A DNA stretch of 63,037 bases, filler included, from Octopus bimaculoides (taxonomy: Eukaryota): NCBI RefSeq assembly GCF_001194135.2. It is 6 parts of 5 records of this genome, joined end to end, with 100 filler letters (N's around TTAATTAATTAA, not from the genome) between each part and the next. Parts side by side here need not be neighbours in the genome. Positions count along the whole stretch, not along the records: positions 44,941 to 56,938 come from NC_068982.1; positions 57,039 to 59,463 come from NW_026429022.1; positions 59,564 to 63,037 come from NC_069000.1; 3 more parts are not named here. One strand, written 5' to 3'. Numbering within the stretch: the stretch's first letter is position 1; every line of letters starts with the position of its first letter. The translations under genes and the position numbers were made by a program. This document shows, piece after piece, positions 48,368-61,783 of this stretch. The notes under the pieces are model-generated. The model was not told the DNA's origin and ran no database searches. It worked only from the letters and a program-made list of their open reading frames with translations.

Positions 48368-48842
48368 ATCTATCTATTTATCTCCAATCATGTATTTTTC
48401 CTGCAGGCATTGACATGTAGATGATCAAGCTAGCATCAACCACATTAGCGAGTCAGAGCCTGCATTGGTCATGGGTTTTGGTCCTTTTCCTCTGACCAAC
48501 TAATAAAGAAAACATTATAGGAACAACTGCATTTGCATACACAGTAGGTATGATATAGTCAATCACACACATGCACGTGTGCACACACATGCTGATGTTT
48601 AAATAAAGTTAAAATCTCCAGGTCTTTCAGTTACTCTAGAAACAACCTGGAGACAGACATAGCCATATGGATAATAAGCACCTTCACAGGTACGTGGTCC
48701 AGGTTCAGTCCCACTAGGCTTGAGTGTAGTTCTACTTGTGAGTAAAATTTGATAAGCAGGAACTATGTGACAGTCTGTTTGTTGGATGGACATTTTTTTT
48801 CTCAGATGGTAGGCTTAATCCATTACCCTTGGCTACCTTTAA

Positions 48843-49041
48843 CCCTTTAGTATTCAAACCAGCCATATCCAGCCTAAATATTCTACCAGTTCTGGCCTCT
48901 TACACCTGTCCTACAATGTCATTCTAAAAATAAGCATTCACATCATGAAAATCTCTTAGCTACAAGATAATGCATGATCAATTGAAAACAATGTGAATGA
49001 ATAAGCATTACATTTAAAGGAGTAATCTGAATGCTAAAGAG
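48843..49041. mobile_element. piggyBac-type MITE
   Basis: TTAA at 48839-48842 and 49042-49045; termini ccctttagtattca / tgaatgctaaagag; reverse copy at 61784-62004. Confidence 0.8.
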
Positions 49042-50233
49042 TTAACAGATTTCACTCTGTTGCAAGTATTTGGGGTCGGTGGCAGGTCTCCCATCTGAAG
49101 ATGATGTACCGTCTTCCTACCATTAACCATACAGACCCTATAAAGGGTCATAACTGCTCCCCTTCATCAGAGGGGGTGGGGTGGGGAATTTCAACTAAAT
49201 TACAAAATAAATAAACAAGTAAAAACAAAGACAGTTTTATTCCTTTTGAAACTTCATTTCCATCAGGAGAAATGATCTCTGAAAGTCGTTCCTCATTTCC
49301 TGATTTACTAGTTTTACTGAGAGGCTGACATTTTTCATATCATCTAGATCACTTCAGAATATACTTTATCATAACACTTACAATAGAGACCGATCCTTGC
49401 TATGAGAGCTTCATGTCAAAGTGTGGATTGTAGTGTAGTTTAGTTTTATATCCATTTAAGGAATTGTTTCAAACAACTGATGACTACCAAACATTTCAAG
49501 TGAGTTGTTTGCTGTTTGTGTTTTAATTGCTTGTGTTGTTGTTATTGTTTGTTTGTTTGTGTGTGTGTGTGTGTGTGTGTGTGCTAGTTGTGATTAGTAC
49601 ACTATCCTAAGTTTATGCTTAAGTATTTTTATTTTGGTCACCCTCATGTCATGTTTATAATACTGATATTTTAAAAATTAAGTTATAAAATTTTTAATTA
49701 AAATAAAATTTAATTTTGATAAAAAACCTCATAGTAGAATGGGTGAAATGCCTTGTGGCAATTAGTTGCATAGCCTTTATATCCTGAATTGAAAAATCCT
49801 GCCTGGGTCATTTATGCCCCTTAATCTTTGGGGGTTGATAAAATAAGTACTAGCTGAAAGCTAGATTTGGTCTACCACTCTTCCCACTCACCCTAAATTT
49901 GAGAACTTGTGCCTTAGTTATAAATTAATTATAGACATTTTAAATTAATGAATTATTCCTGTACATAAGCAAAAACTTCTGTCATGGTTATCTCTGCCCA
50001 CTGAGCCTGAGTTTTGATGTACCCCAGTCAGTTGGTGATCCATTGACCCTGTATAAATTGCAGTTGGTGATCCATTGACCCTGTATAGTTGCAGTCTATT
50101 GAACTGAATATAATAAATATTTACTGTAGACTAATGGTGAGATAAAAATGCAGTAACGAAGCTGACAGGCAACATATAAACTCAGTCATTAATCATCAAA
50201 AATAATTACTGCTCAGGATATTACCATCTGAGC

Positions 50234-50800
50234 TACCCTTATAGACCTGATACTAACCTTTTCTACTTTAGGCACAAGTCCTGAAATTTTGGAGAGTAGG
50301 AGGCTAGTCAACTACATCGACTCCCGTACTCAACTGAGACTTAATTCATTGACCCTGAAAGGATAAAAGGCAAAGACAAGCTTGGCAGAATTTGAATTCA
50401 GAAAGCAAAGATATGAAATGCCATTAAGCATTTTGTCCAGTGCAATAATGATTCTATAAGCTTGCCACCTTACAGACCTGAAAATAACTTTAGTTTCAAA
50501 TTTTGTTACCAGGTCAGTAAGTTCAGGGAAGGGAGGACCCCAGTGTTGAACTGGTACTTATTTTATTGACCCTGAAAGGATGAAAGACAAATTGACCTTG
50601 GCTGATTTTGAACTCAGAACATAAAGACGAATGAAATGCCACTCAGCATTTTGCCTGGTATGTTAACAATTCTGTTATGTTGCCACCTTACAGATCTGAT
50701 ATTAATATTACAATAGATAATATCTATGATAACAGTAATAATAATGGTTTCAAATTTTGGCACTAGGCCTGTAATTTTAGGAGGTGGGGTATTTATTAAT
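50234..50800 (-). repeat. Tandem array of old family B SINE units
   Basis: Two full units and one partial; cctta(c/t)aga(c/t)ctga recurs at ~50236, 50467 and 50686. Confidence 0.75.
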
Positions 50801-51567
50801 TGCATGGTTATATATTTTATAAGTTTGCATGTTTTCAAAATAACTAAGGTTTTTATATTATATATTTGAGAGGATTAATAAAGTTTGTTGATTAGTTATC
50901 ATTTGGTGTATCCATGCAACCTCTTCCATGAAACAAATCAATTCTGTGTTTTGCCAGCTCAGTGTAGCAAGTGACTATGCTGTTAAATAGATTATAGAAA
51001 TTTAAAGGAAGCTTAAAGCCACAACCAATGTTGAAGTAAATATTCATATAAACAATCTGTGGGTTAACATCTAATGAACAAAGCCTGTGACCCTGTTTCA
51101 ATTCCCAGCTGGAGTTGTTTTTATTTTACTTATCCTCCTGACATAATTAGGGACAATACAAACTTACAGTATAACTTGTATTTATAACTTGTATTATAAT
51201 CAAGAGAAATCCATGGGTATTTTTCATTGGACAGACACGAAGGTGGTTAGCTCTTGGTTAACTGGAATCTTTGGCTCTCAGTTGTATCTCTTTCATTTCA
51301 TTTATGCTGCACACATCATAGAAAAAGCCAAACTTGTTACCTCTCCACCCTTGAAATTACGTCTGTCATTAGTCATTTACAATTTTTGATAATGAAAATC
51401 AATTTATTGTGTCAAAGTGTGAAATCAGTAAATGTTTATAAAAGAGATAAAAACAAAAGATGAATAGTGATTTGTACCTTAGTTAAAAAAAAATGACCAA
51501 AAATGGAGATAGATCAGAGTATAAGTGATTCGACTAATACCAGAATTTGAGTGGTACTTACTATCTA

Positions 51568-51637
<70 letters not shown>

Positions 51638-52022
51638 AATCTATTATAGCTGTCTTATATTGTGCATATTACATTTGGTTGTTATTCTCCGGGGAGAGGG
51701 AGTAAGTGGCGTTAAGTGTCTTAAATAACAATCAATATGCAATGTGTGTGTATGTGGCCGGATATAAACACTGGCCAACTGATTTTAAGAGTTTCATAGT
51801 GGTGAAGTGTTCTTCAATAGGAAGTTATGCTAATACAACTAATAAACCACCAATGCTTGTTCCATAGTTTCCATATAGCTTGTCTATCTCCATTTAAGGT
51901 AATGCTTTGTGGTGTTAAAAGCCATGGTCTACACATACACATAAACACACATACATATACTCACACATACTCATACACAAGTGCATGAACACATGTAGAC
52001 ACACACACACACATAACATTAA

Positions 52023-52059
<37 letters not shown>

Positions 52060-52254
52060 CATAACATTACTTAGTGGTTCAGCAAGAGATTGATAAAATA
52101 AGTACCAGACTTCAAGGTGGTGTCCCTGCATGATTGCCGTCTAACAGATAAAAGAGATAAAAGATATATGTATACTATACATACATATATGTATAATTTT
52201 TTGCCATGATATATCTATCATTTACATATCTATCATTTATATATCTATCATTTT

Positions 52255-53160
52255 TTACCATGATAGATCGCTAGCCACTACAATTTCTTTTTTTTTGTCT
52301 TCGTGTTTCTCTCTTTGTTTCTTTCTGTGTTCTTTTGTCTGGAAGAGCATAGGCCCGAAGTGTTAAAGATTTTTTCACTTCCCGAGCGTTATACTAATAC
52401 ATCTGTTTGTTTTCTACACCACTTGTCTTCATCTTTTGTTTTTTTTGTGAATTCTTCCCCTATATATATATACATATATATATATATGGCAAAAATTTAG
52501 ATTCAGATGAATATGGTACTTAAGTTGAGGCACCAGAATTTAGTACAGTATTATCCATACAATTTCAAAGGTGATTAAAATCAAAATAAGCAACAAGGAT
52601 ATCCAGAGGTAATGCAGTACGATCGTTTCATGCGACTCCATTTAATTGAACAATGCAATCATTACATCAATTTAAAATGCAGAACAATCCTCAGAAAACT
52701 TTGATATAGCTATGGGTTCGAGCAACTCGGTTGAAATCACAAATCTAGTGGGTGCGTACCTTTTAAGGTGCCTAAATAGGGAAATCCCTGAATTACAGGG
52801 AGGTCTATATAGGGATGATGCTCTATTCATCATCGCTAGCAACAATAAATCAATCATAGAAAGAATGAGAAAGAGAATTAGAAAATTTTTCAAAGACTTT
52901 TACTTAAGTATTACGTATGAATATGGCACTAAAGTAGTAAATGTTTTAGATACTACTTTAAACATTAACTCTAAATTATACTACCCCTATAGGAAGGAAC
53001 GTGAGGTCACAAGATATGTGAATAAATTATCAAATCACCCCCACCCTAATGTATTAAAATCGATAGTTAAAAGTATTTCTAGGAGAATTACTAAATTATC
53101 ATCAAACATTGATATTTTTATTTCCCATTCATACCACTATAATGTTGCTTTGTCTAAAGC
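52255..53160 (+). mobile_element. Penelope-like element (YRDD-type RT), internally deleted, with upstream pseudo-LTR
   Basis: MGSSNSVEITNLVG, GLYRDD, VLDTTLNI, YRK...YVNKLSNHP. The T-rich block 52255-52460 is remembered as an octopus PLE terminal repeat. Confidence 0.8.
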
Positions 53161-53399
53161 GGGAGTAAGTCCTGGGTCAATTTGCTTGACTAAAGGCGGT
53201 GCTCCAGCATGGCCGCAGTCAAACGACTGAAACAGGTAAAAGAGTATATAATTAGAATGTTCTTTTACCTCAATACTACTTTATTAATATCAGTATATAC
53301 CTATTAATCAATATTCACAGATACCATCTGATGAGTTAGTATTTAAGTGTACAATATGTATAAATATTAAACTATTTCTGGATAGTTTCTTTTCCTCCC

Positions 53400-54088
53400 T
53401 CTATTGTGGTAAAAGTTTGGTATATACTCAAAAGTATTTATAAATTTCTATCCTTTTGTTAATATATTCTTCTTAATAACCCTCTGAATAGCCATAAACT
53501 TTAACTGTATACAATATAACAACATTGTTTAAAACATTTAACTATAGTACTACATGATAAGACTTCCCCTGTTTCATTATCAATGGTCTGCCAGTGGGCG
53601 ACCCTCTTAGTTGTCAGCTAACATCTTGTTTTAAGTTTTCCTTTACCAAACCTCATGATATTGCTTCTAATAAATCTTGATTTTTATGACTATACCAACT
53701 ATGATTTCTGTCTGCTCTCTCAGCCCTACCCCTAACAGATGCTATCCTTTATTAGATATACAAGGATTTGATAAACTAGTCTATAAATTAAAACTGACCC
53801 CATAAAAACAAATAAAATCAGTGACAGGCTTCTTGATAATTTAGTAACTTCTGTACAGAAGTAGAGGCAACATGTTCTTTGTCTATCTGCTTAACTTCTA
53901 GGAGATTTAGGTATAATTATACTAATGTGTCCATTTGTTCTAATTTAATTAAATTCTATCTCTTTGTGCAGCTGAGGATTGCTCTGCATTTTAAATTAAT
54001 GATTGCATTGTTGAATTAAATGGAGTTGCATGAAACGATTGTACTGCATTACCTCTGGATATCCTTGTTGCTTATTTTGAATACACAC
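53400..54088 (-). mobile_element. Inverted 5' fragment of the same Penelope-like family
   Basis: 53972-54088 is the reverse complement of 52580-52695; the left boundary is approximate. Confidence 0.65.
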
Positions 54089-54412
54089 ATACATACATAT
54101 ACTTATATATGTTGAATGAAGCACTCATCTTTTCAAAGTGAATTATCCATACCCCAAATAATTCTTCTCAACACATGGCTATGATACTCCCCCACTACTT
54201 CTGCTCATGATCAGAGGTGCACATATCGTCAGCCACTAAGGGACATGCTCAATTGGTTAAGGTCAAACAACTGACAAGCAAATCTGTGGTATTAAGCAGA
54301 ATATTTGCTGTAGCCCATCTTTTATTCCAAGACAAAACGATATACATGATAACACGTCCAATCAGTTACAATCAGAAGAGCCACTGCCTGGTACTGCATC
54401 AGGGCATTTATT

Positions 54413-54478
<66 letters not shown>

Positions 54479-54786
54479 TACTTTTAATCTGCATTATTAT
54501 TATTATTATTATTTACTTTTAATCAGCCCGTTTCGCTGTCATTCCCAGGGCACCTATGACAATAGGTATTGTTTTCGTCTTCAGATTCCACATTTTGCTA
54601 ATTTCTANNNNNNNNNNTGGTCTCATTTTGTTGTTGGCATATACGACATAATGGGGAGCTGCCGTTCTTTAAAATGTTGGCCTGGTAGTTCTTTGTAGGT
54701 TGGCATTGATCTTGGGCTGCTATGATAAACCCCTCTGTTTCTGATTTCAAGCCAGAGGCCATTAGCCATTGATGGGTAAGGGCTTT

Positions 54787-54841
<55 letters not shown>

Positions 54842-55189
54842 TGTGGCTGTTGTAATTATTGTTGTTATATATTTATAAACGTGTGATTATCAGTAAGAGA
54901 GCGTGTATATCATACAGCTGGAAATCCAAGTTTATTTTCCAATTTAATCTTTTGTGTTAGGGATGGTGGAGTGGGAGGATGGGGTGGGGGTGCATATGTG
55001 TGTTTGTGTGAATGTATGAAGGTGTGGGTGTATAGGCCTGAGTGTGCAGTGGTGTAATAGTATAAGTGCGCTAAAATAGACAACTTCTAACACTCTAAAA
55101 CAGACCAATCGTAATCTGACTCGTCTATAGTTATCTTAACAATCTCTCAATTGGAATAGCTCTGTGATATCGTAATCTGAAACATTTCA

Positions 55190-55372
55190 AGTGCGAAATG
55201 CTTAGCGGTATTTCGTCTGCCTCTACGTTCTGAGTTCAAATTCCGCGAGGTTGGCTTTACCTTCCATTCTTTCGGGGGTCGATAAATTAAGTACCAGTTG
55301 CGTACTGAGGTCGATCTAATCGACTGGCCCCCTCCCACAAAATTTTGGGCCTTGTGCCTAGAGTAGAAAAGA
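55190..55372 (+). mobile_element. SINE family B, 5'-truncated
   Basis: gaaatgcttagcggtatttcg...gttctgagttcaaattcc...ggccttgtgcctagagtagaaaagaat. Confidence 0.85.
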
Positions 55373-55381
55373 ATATATGCG

Positions 55382-55426
<45 letters not shown>

Positions 55427-55599
55427 ACGCACGCACACTCGCACGCGAGCAGCACAACACAGCACAAAGATATGCATGCTGCTGTACTATGATATGCATG
55501 CACGGACACACACATATTTATATGTATATATAGATATGTTATTATATATGTACGCACACGCGCGTATGTGTATGTGTGTGTTTATATCTATATTTCTCT

Positions 55600-55673
<74 letters not shown>

Positions 55674-55734
55674 TTCCACTCACATACACACAAGCATATG
55701 AATTTATATATATATGTAAATACGCACGCGCGCG

Positions 55735-55778
<44 letters not shown>

Positions 55779-55789
55779 AAACGGAATTT

Positions 55790-56661
55790 TGCAATATTAT
55801 TTTATTCACTCTGTTTTACATATTTAGACTTTGATCGCCTTCAAAATATTTTTCACTGAAGCAATGCTTCCGCCTAGGCGCATTTTCCCTATTCGCAGCA
55901 ATGATGGAACTCTTGCGAAATGATGCCTTTTAATGCCTCCGTCGTTTTTTTCTTCTTCACTTTTTCCACATCTGCAAATTCTCTAGCGCTAGCTTTCGTC
56001 TCTAGTGATGATCTTCGAAATAAGATCCGGATCAACTTCCAATTGTTCTTTCAGTTCACCACACGCTTTTAGTCGTCACTGCTTTTGATCTTCCGTGAGC
56101 AAACGAGAAACAAACTTTGCTGCTACTCCTTTCATTAGCAATTTTTCGCGCAAAATTCGTTGCCAGGAGCTTCAGGACACACCAGTCATATCAAGTTCGT
56201 CAATTGTTCGGTGACGGTCCTCCAAGATCAGTTCATGAATTTTCTCGATGGTTTCACTCGTTCAGGAGGTCGACGGTCGTCCTGAACGAGGTTGGTCTTC
56301 AAGCGACAAGTGATTATTCTTAAAGCGTGGAAACCACTCGTAAACTTGTATTTTGCTTATGGCAACGCTCTTGCTAGCTGTTTGAAGCATAACAACTGTT
56401 TCGGCCGCCGTTTTCCCCTGCAGAAAGCGGAATTTCATGGAACATGCTGTCCCTTCGTTTCAGCCATCGCAGAAATTGATAAACAGGGGATAAGCACTGT
56501 AAAACAATGACGCACCACGTGGTAGTACGACCCTACGCGACGACGCCGATTGGCAGACTGATGCCTGCGGGTCGCATCAAATGGCCTCTAGCGGCGGCAG
56601 CCTGAACTACAACTTGCTTGTCCCATAGAGAACGTTTCCGGTTATTTTGGGTACTTCCCCG
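55790..56661 (-). mobile_element. mariner transposon, internally deleted
   Basis: VYEWFPRFKNNHLSLEDQPRSGRPSTS, KFVSRLLTEDQK, KIITRDES and terminal YFEGD; TIR-like end cggggaagtacccaaaataaccggaa next to TA (56662-56663). Confidence 0.85.
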
Positions 56662-56938
56662 TATACATATATATTATATAGTCAGAAAATCTCTATTAGA
56701 GGTGAAATTAGTAACTATACTGAGAAATATTGTTTATCGCCACTTCAACATGGCCTTTCTCTAGGAACCGATGTTACTGCCATTTTAACCCCAGAAGGAC
56801 GCTTCCTCCAGTTGGTTTGTTGATGCATGGACTAACCAGCTGGAGGAGACGTCCTCCTGTGGTTAAAATGGTAGAAACGTCGGTTCTTACGGAAAAGCTA
56901 TATTATATATACATAGGTATGATATAGATATGTATATA

Positions 56939-57038
56939 NNNNNNNNNNNNNNNNNNNNNNNNNNNNNNNNNNNNNNNNNNNNTTAATTAATTAANNNNNN
57001 NNNNNNNNNNNNNNNNNNNNNNNNNNNNNNNNNNNNNN
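56939..57038. other. Artificial scaffold linker
   Basis: N44-TTAATTAATTAA-N44. Confidence 0.95.
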
Positions 57039-57139
57039 AATATAAGCCATTCAACTGTAGATAACTAGTTGGTAGCCATTGGATACAATTTTTATTTACA
57101 AGTATTGGTGAAAAATCTGTGAAGGTAGAATGTAACAAA

Positions 57140-58740
57140 TTGTAAGAAATAAAAATATGAAGATGAAAACAGAGTGAGCGGGGGGAATTTGCATTCACCA
57201 TTGAGGAAGGTAAACCTTTATGCCTTATCTGCCAAAGGTCTCTTAGTCATTACAAAGAGCGAAACTTGAAACACCACTATGAACCAAATCACAAAAACTT
57301 TTCACATGATTAACCACCTAAATCAGAACTACAGTAAAACAAGTTGTGTTAAAAACATCACTAAATAGCCAGCAGACACCATTGACAACATTCAGCAAGG
57401 AATCCAATACAATGACTGAGGCCAGTGTTTTTTATATCATGGAATATTGCTTGTGTTAAATGCACATATTCTGATTGTGAATTTGTTAAGGAGGATATAG
57501 CTGATGTTATTGCCATGGTAGATGCCAATAACACAAAATTTCAATGACTAACAGCACAAATACTGGTTTCGTGTCACTCTACAGAGAGCTGTGTCTCTCA
57601 GATCAGTACTGACGTTGCAATCAAAATGAAAAAGGATTCAAAAAATTCCTTTGCATTCAGTTGAATGATTGACAAATCAACAGATATACAAGACAGCCAC
57701 AATCAACAGAACCTGTTACATTTCTTTGAAGTAATTGAGAAAGAAGGGATGTTGCATTTGGCAGAATTAAATGAAGCAATTTGCAGTATTAACGTCAAAG
57801 ATGAACTCAGAGCTTAAACAAAAGTTGGTGTTCCACTGAATAAACTTGTCAAAGTTGCAACAGATGAAATGCCTCCAATGGTGGTCAAAAACAAATGCAG
57901 GATTAATTGCACTTACACAAAGTGATCCCAGTTTTCCAGTATGAAGATGTTATGAAACCTGTCCTTGAAATTGTGAATTTCATATGCTTAAAAGGGGTAG
58001 CTCCACCAACAGTTCAGAAATGTTATTGAAGAACTGAAGCTTGAAGATAAAGCAAATTATGTGTCTTTTTATTGCATTGTGTGGTGGCTATCAACCAGCA
58101 ATGTCTTGAGCAAGTTTGTTGATCTGTTGGAGCCAATTATTACTTTTCTTAAAGTAAAAATCCTATCTTCAACTGGAAAATGATGAATAGATGTTGATAT
58201 TCTTTACTGATAAAAATGAATCATCTGCAAACTTTCAACTTGGCACTCAAAGGGAAGGACAAGATTATTTCTGATCTTACTCAGATAGCTTTCAGTCTTC
58301 TGAGTAAAATAAAAGCTTTTCAGAGAGACATTGTCAAAAAATTTCAGTCGATTTCCCACTCTGAGAAAGAGAGTAAATACGTTACCTGATTACTGATATA
58401 AAAGACAACAAACTGGATGAATACAAACATAAATTACAGGAACTGTTTGTTAATTTTTTAACCAGGTTTGAGGACTTACAGAAGATGAAGCCTTGCTTCA
58501 TCTCTTACAAAATTAATTGATGGCAGATGTGGCCAATTCTCTAACCTCTAGTTATGGAATCATCAGCAGTGGAAATGGAACTAATAGAATTACAAGAGTA
58601 TTTAAAAGGAATCCATAAATTCCAGTCTACAATTGGGCTCTACAAACAAATTCCAGGAATAAAATATCCTGAACTGAAGAAAATTAGTATGTGACTCATC
58701 TCAGTTTCCAGCACAACATACCACTGTGAATTACTGTAAG
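57140..58740 (+). mobile_element. hAT (Charlie/SPIN, GTF2IRD2-like) transposase relic
   Basis: EFAFTIEEGKPLCLICQRSLSHYKERNLKHHY; DKSTDI; a decayed TDGAPAM; WLS; STTYHCE; many stops and frameshifts. Confidence 0.8.
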
Positions 58741-59463
58741 CTAGAGAAATTTGTGAACTCAAGGCATTGGACAAGCATTACAAACTATCACCTGACAGGG
58801 AACTAACTTGTATAACCTTGATAACATATTAGCCACATTTCCAATGGCTAATAACCATGATGGGAATCCACAAGACTTCTACCAGCTGTAAATAGCAGCT
58901 TTAATAGCTGGATATGTGTTGCATTTACTGTTTGTCATAAAAATATTATGATAAACTAACTTTGTAAGTTAGGATTTGTTTTTATTGGTTAGTTTTTTTT
59001 ATATATTTTCTTCCATATTTTGATAACTAAATATCATAAAAAATTTTTTTTTTTTCCTTTTCCATTTTATTTTTGGTAGTCTAATTTTATGTTACTGAAA
59101 TGCAAATTCAGACATTTTTTTTTTTCATAAATGCTTCTGTAGTTCTTTACTGTATTGAAAACACCAAAAACCTTTCGTGTATAACCAAAAACTAAAAAGA
59201 GTTTAACAGTTTAAATAAAACTGCATTCACGAACAAATATTTTTGCAAACACACAAAATGTGTCTGTAACAATTAAAAGGTATTCTTTTATTTTACTGGT
59301 TTCAGTCATTGGACTGCGACCATGCTGGGGCACCTCTTTGAAGTTTTTAGTCAATCATATCAATCTTAGTACTTAGTTCTTCAATTCTGGTATTTGTTTT
59401 ATGAATCTAAATTGCAGGACTTAAATACAGACAGATACAAATGTAAACATGGGGTAAATTTTG

Positions 59464-59563
59464 NNNNNNNNNNNNNNNNNNNNNNNNNNNNNNNNNNNNN
59501 NNNNNNNTTAATTAATTAANNNNNNNNNNNNNNNNNNNNNNNNNNNNNNNNNNNNNNNNNNNN
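59464..59563. other. Artificial scaffold linker
   Basis: N44-TTAATTAATTAA-N44. Confidence 0.95.
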
Positions 59564-59589
59564 TATATGGATAGCTATGTGTATGTGTG

Positions 59590-59970
59590 TGTAATTATTG
59601 TGAAAATACCTCATGGAGTGATGACTGTGCTCTGCATAGTTACAGGCTGCCCTTTGGCAAGAAATAGCACCTATTCAGCCACCCTGTCAGAGATATGGCA
59701 AAGTCATGGGACTATAGTATGGCAAATAGTGAAGAGGTAGTAGAATAGCTCAACTGAGCCAACAGTGATTCTTACATTGACAATACATGAGGAATCCTAG
59801 AATATCAATGGTCAGCATCACAAAACTCTATTACGAGAGTAACCGCAATGCCTCCATAGTGGTGGCATCCATGGGTGTGTAATCAGCTAATAAAATATTC
59901 TCTATGACTCAAGCTCCCAAATCAAATTCATGATAATGGAATTGGATTGCAACAAAAAGTCATGGGAATC
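59590..59970. repeat. Second copy of the unclassified repeat at 43550-43985
   Basis: Collinear homology; carries one copy of the segment that is triplicated at 43831-43878. Confidence 0.7.
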
Positions 59971-60159
59971 TACAAAAAAAGCAAGAAAAGGATATGCATA
60001 AAATAAACAGAAATGGCATTTATTTTTATATCTATACTAGACCAAGGACCAATCGCAGAGTTAGTTCAGGGGTTTAAATTGGATTTGGTACTTGGATATC
60101 TACAGTATCCTACCAATGCTTGATGTCTTGTATGTTGTTTACCTCACTGTCAGCTCTCT

Positions 60160-60370
60160 GTTAGGACAATGCACAAGTCCAGTCTTCCATCCTAGTAACA
60201 AACTACTTGACAGAGATGGGCATGAAAACTATTCCTCACCCTCCTTACAGTCCAGGTCTTGCTCCCTATCTTTTGGTTGATCCCCAAGCTGAAGGGAATA
60301 AAATGAAGGAGAGTGTGATAAGGGTCCCGGACACCTTCACTTTAGAAGACTTCCATAAGGCCTTCATGAA
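60160..60370 (+). mobile_element. mariner catalytic-domain fragment
   Basis: DNA motif followed by LVTNYLTEMGMKTIPHPPYSPGLAP (a YSPDLAP variant). Confidence 0.75.
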
Positions 60371-60371
60371 C

Positions 60372-61650
60372 AGTCAACCTTGGTGCAATTTGAACTCAGA
60401 ACATAAAGAATGAAATGCTGCCAGCATTTTGCCCAGTATGCTAATGATTCTGCCAGCTCACCACCTTAGGAGACCCTTAATGTTAATCAAAGTAGTGGAA
60501 ATAATGCTAATACTCATAGAAACTCATATGCTGCAGCTTCCTTGAGGAAGAGGAAATAATATGCTATGCTGATGAGTTACCAGATTTGAACAGGGCCAAT
60601 TAAATGCTGAAATGAGTTTTCAGGTGAAGCCACTGAAAGAGAGAGGCATATATGTAATTAGAATGAGAGAGAGAGAGGGGGGAGGGAGAGAGAGAGAGGG
60701 AGAGAGAGAGAGAGGTGGAGGGAGAAAAAGAGAAATGATATTCGTGTAAGCAGTCATGCTTGTGCAATGTCCAAGAGAAAATGCTTACACACAATTTCAG
60801 AATTTGAAGGTGACTTTTGATAAAGGTTTCAAATTCTGGTACAAGGTAAGCATTTTCAGTGGTAGGGGTTAGTCGAATTCATTGACCCCAGTGCTCAACT
60901 GCTACTTAAACGAAGAAAGGCAAAGTTGGCTCAGAAAAATTTTAACTTAGAATGTAAAGAGCTGGAAGAAATGTTATCAAGTATTTCGTCCAACATGCCA
61001 AAGATTCTACCATCTCACTACCTTTGGACGCTTTTAATAATTCTTTCTTCTATAAGCACAAGGCCAGAAATTTGTGGAGAGGCAAAGGCTAGTCATTGAC
61101 CCCAATGCTTAACTGGCACTTATCTTCTATACCCCAAAAGGACGAAAGACAGAGTTGATCTCAGCAGAATTTGAATTTAGGATGTAAAGATAGACAAAAT
61201 GCCACTCAGCATTTTCCCCAGTGTTCTAAGGATTCTGCCAGATTGCCACCTTTTGGTGGCTTTTAATAATGATTTCAAATTTTGACACAAGGCCAGCAAT
61301 TTCTTGGGAAGGGAAAAGTTGATTACATTGATCCCACTCGATACTGGTACTTATTTTATTGACCCCGGAAGGTTGAAAGGCAAAATCGACCTTGCCAGAA
61401 TTTGAACTCAGAATATAAAGACAGATTGTCACTAAACATTTTGCCCAGTTGCTAATGATTCTGCCAGCTTGTCACCTTCGAGAGACTTTTAATAATCCTT
61501 TCTAATAAAGGCACTAAACCTGAAATTCTGGGGGAGGGGCTAGTTGATCATATCGGCCCCAGTGCATAACTGGTACTTATTTCATCGACCCCAAAAGGAC
61601 AAAAGGCAAAGTCAACCTCAGTGAAACTTGAATTCAGAACATAAAGACTT
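60372..61650 (-). repeat. Cluster and tandem array of old family B SINEs
   Basis: Head-only copy at 60372-60467; units at ~60822-61024, 61043-61255, 61272-61478 and 61495-61650, all on the minus strand. Confidence 0.8.
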
Positions 61651-61783
61651 TTAATAATAAAAATATATAAAAGGAATAAGAAACCTTGCACAATTGCTTA
61701 CTGAGTCTCTCTTGAAGAAATGAAGGATAAATTCACAAATTCATAAAGTGCTTGAGCTGAACATGGCTGATTACCCATTTTAA

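Noticed and set aside
48385-48430. Acceptor-like ttttcctgcag as a continuation of SLC6
   Set aside because: The phase-0 frame stops after five codons, and it lies on another assembly piece.
53325-53400. Other CTGATGA hits as hammerhead cores (also ~12984, 39704, 49477, 60570)
   Set aside because: No stem II followed by GAAA could be found.
54345-54406. Weak resemblance to U2 snRNA (cctggtactgca; atcagtt)
   Set aside because: Only short matches, with no branch-point recognition sequence or Sm site; more likely the end of an unclassified (TAT)n-tailed repeat at ~54130-54406.
55147-55859. HT/CV/IYLS-repeat ORFs (also 41300-41519, 47681-48339, 54217-54522, 62311-62854)
   Set aside because: These are translations of simple repeats.
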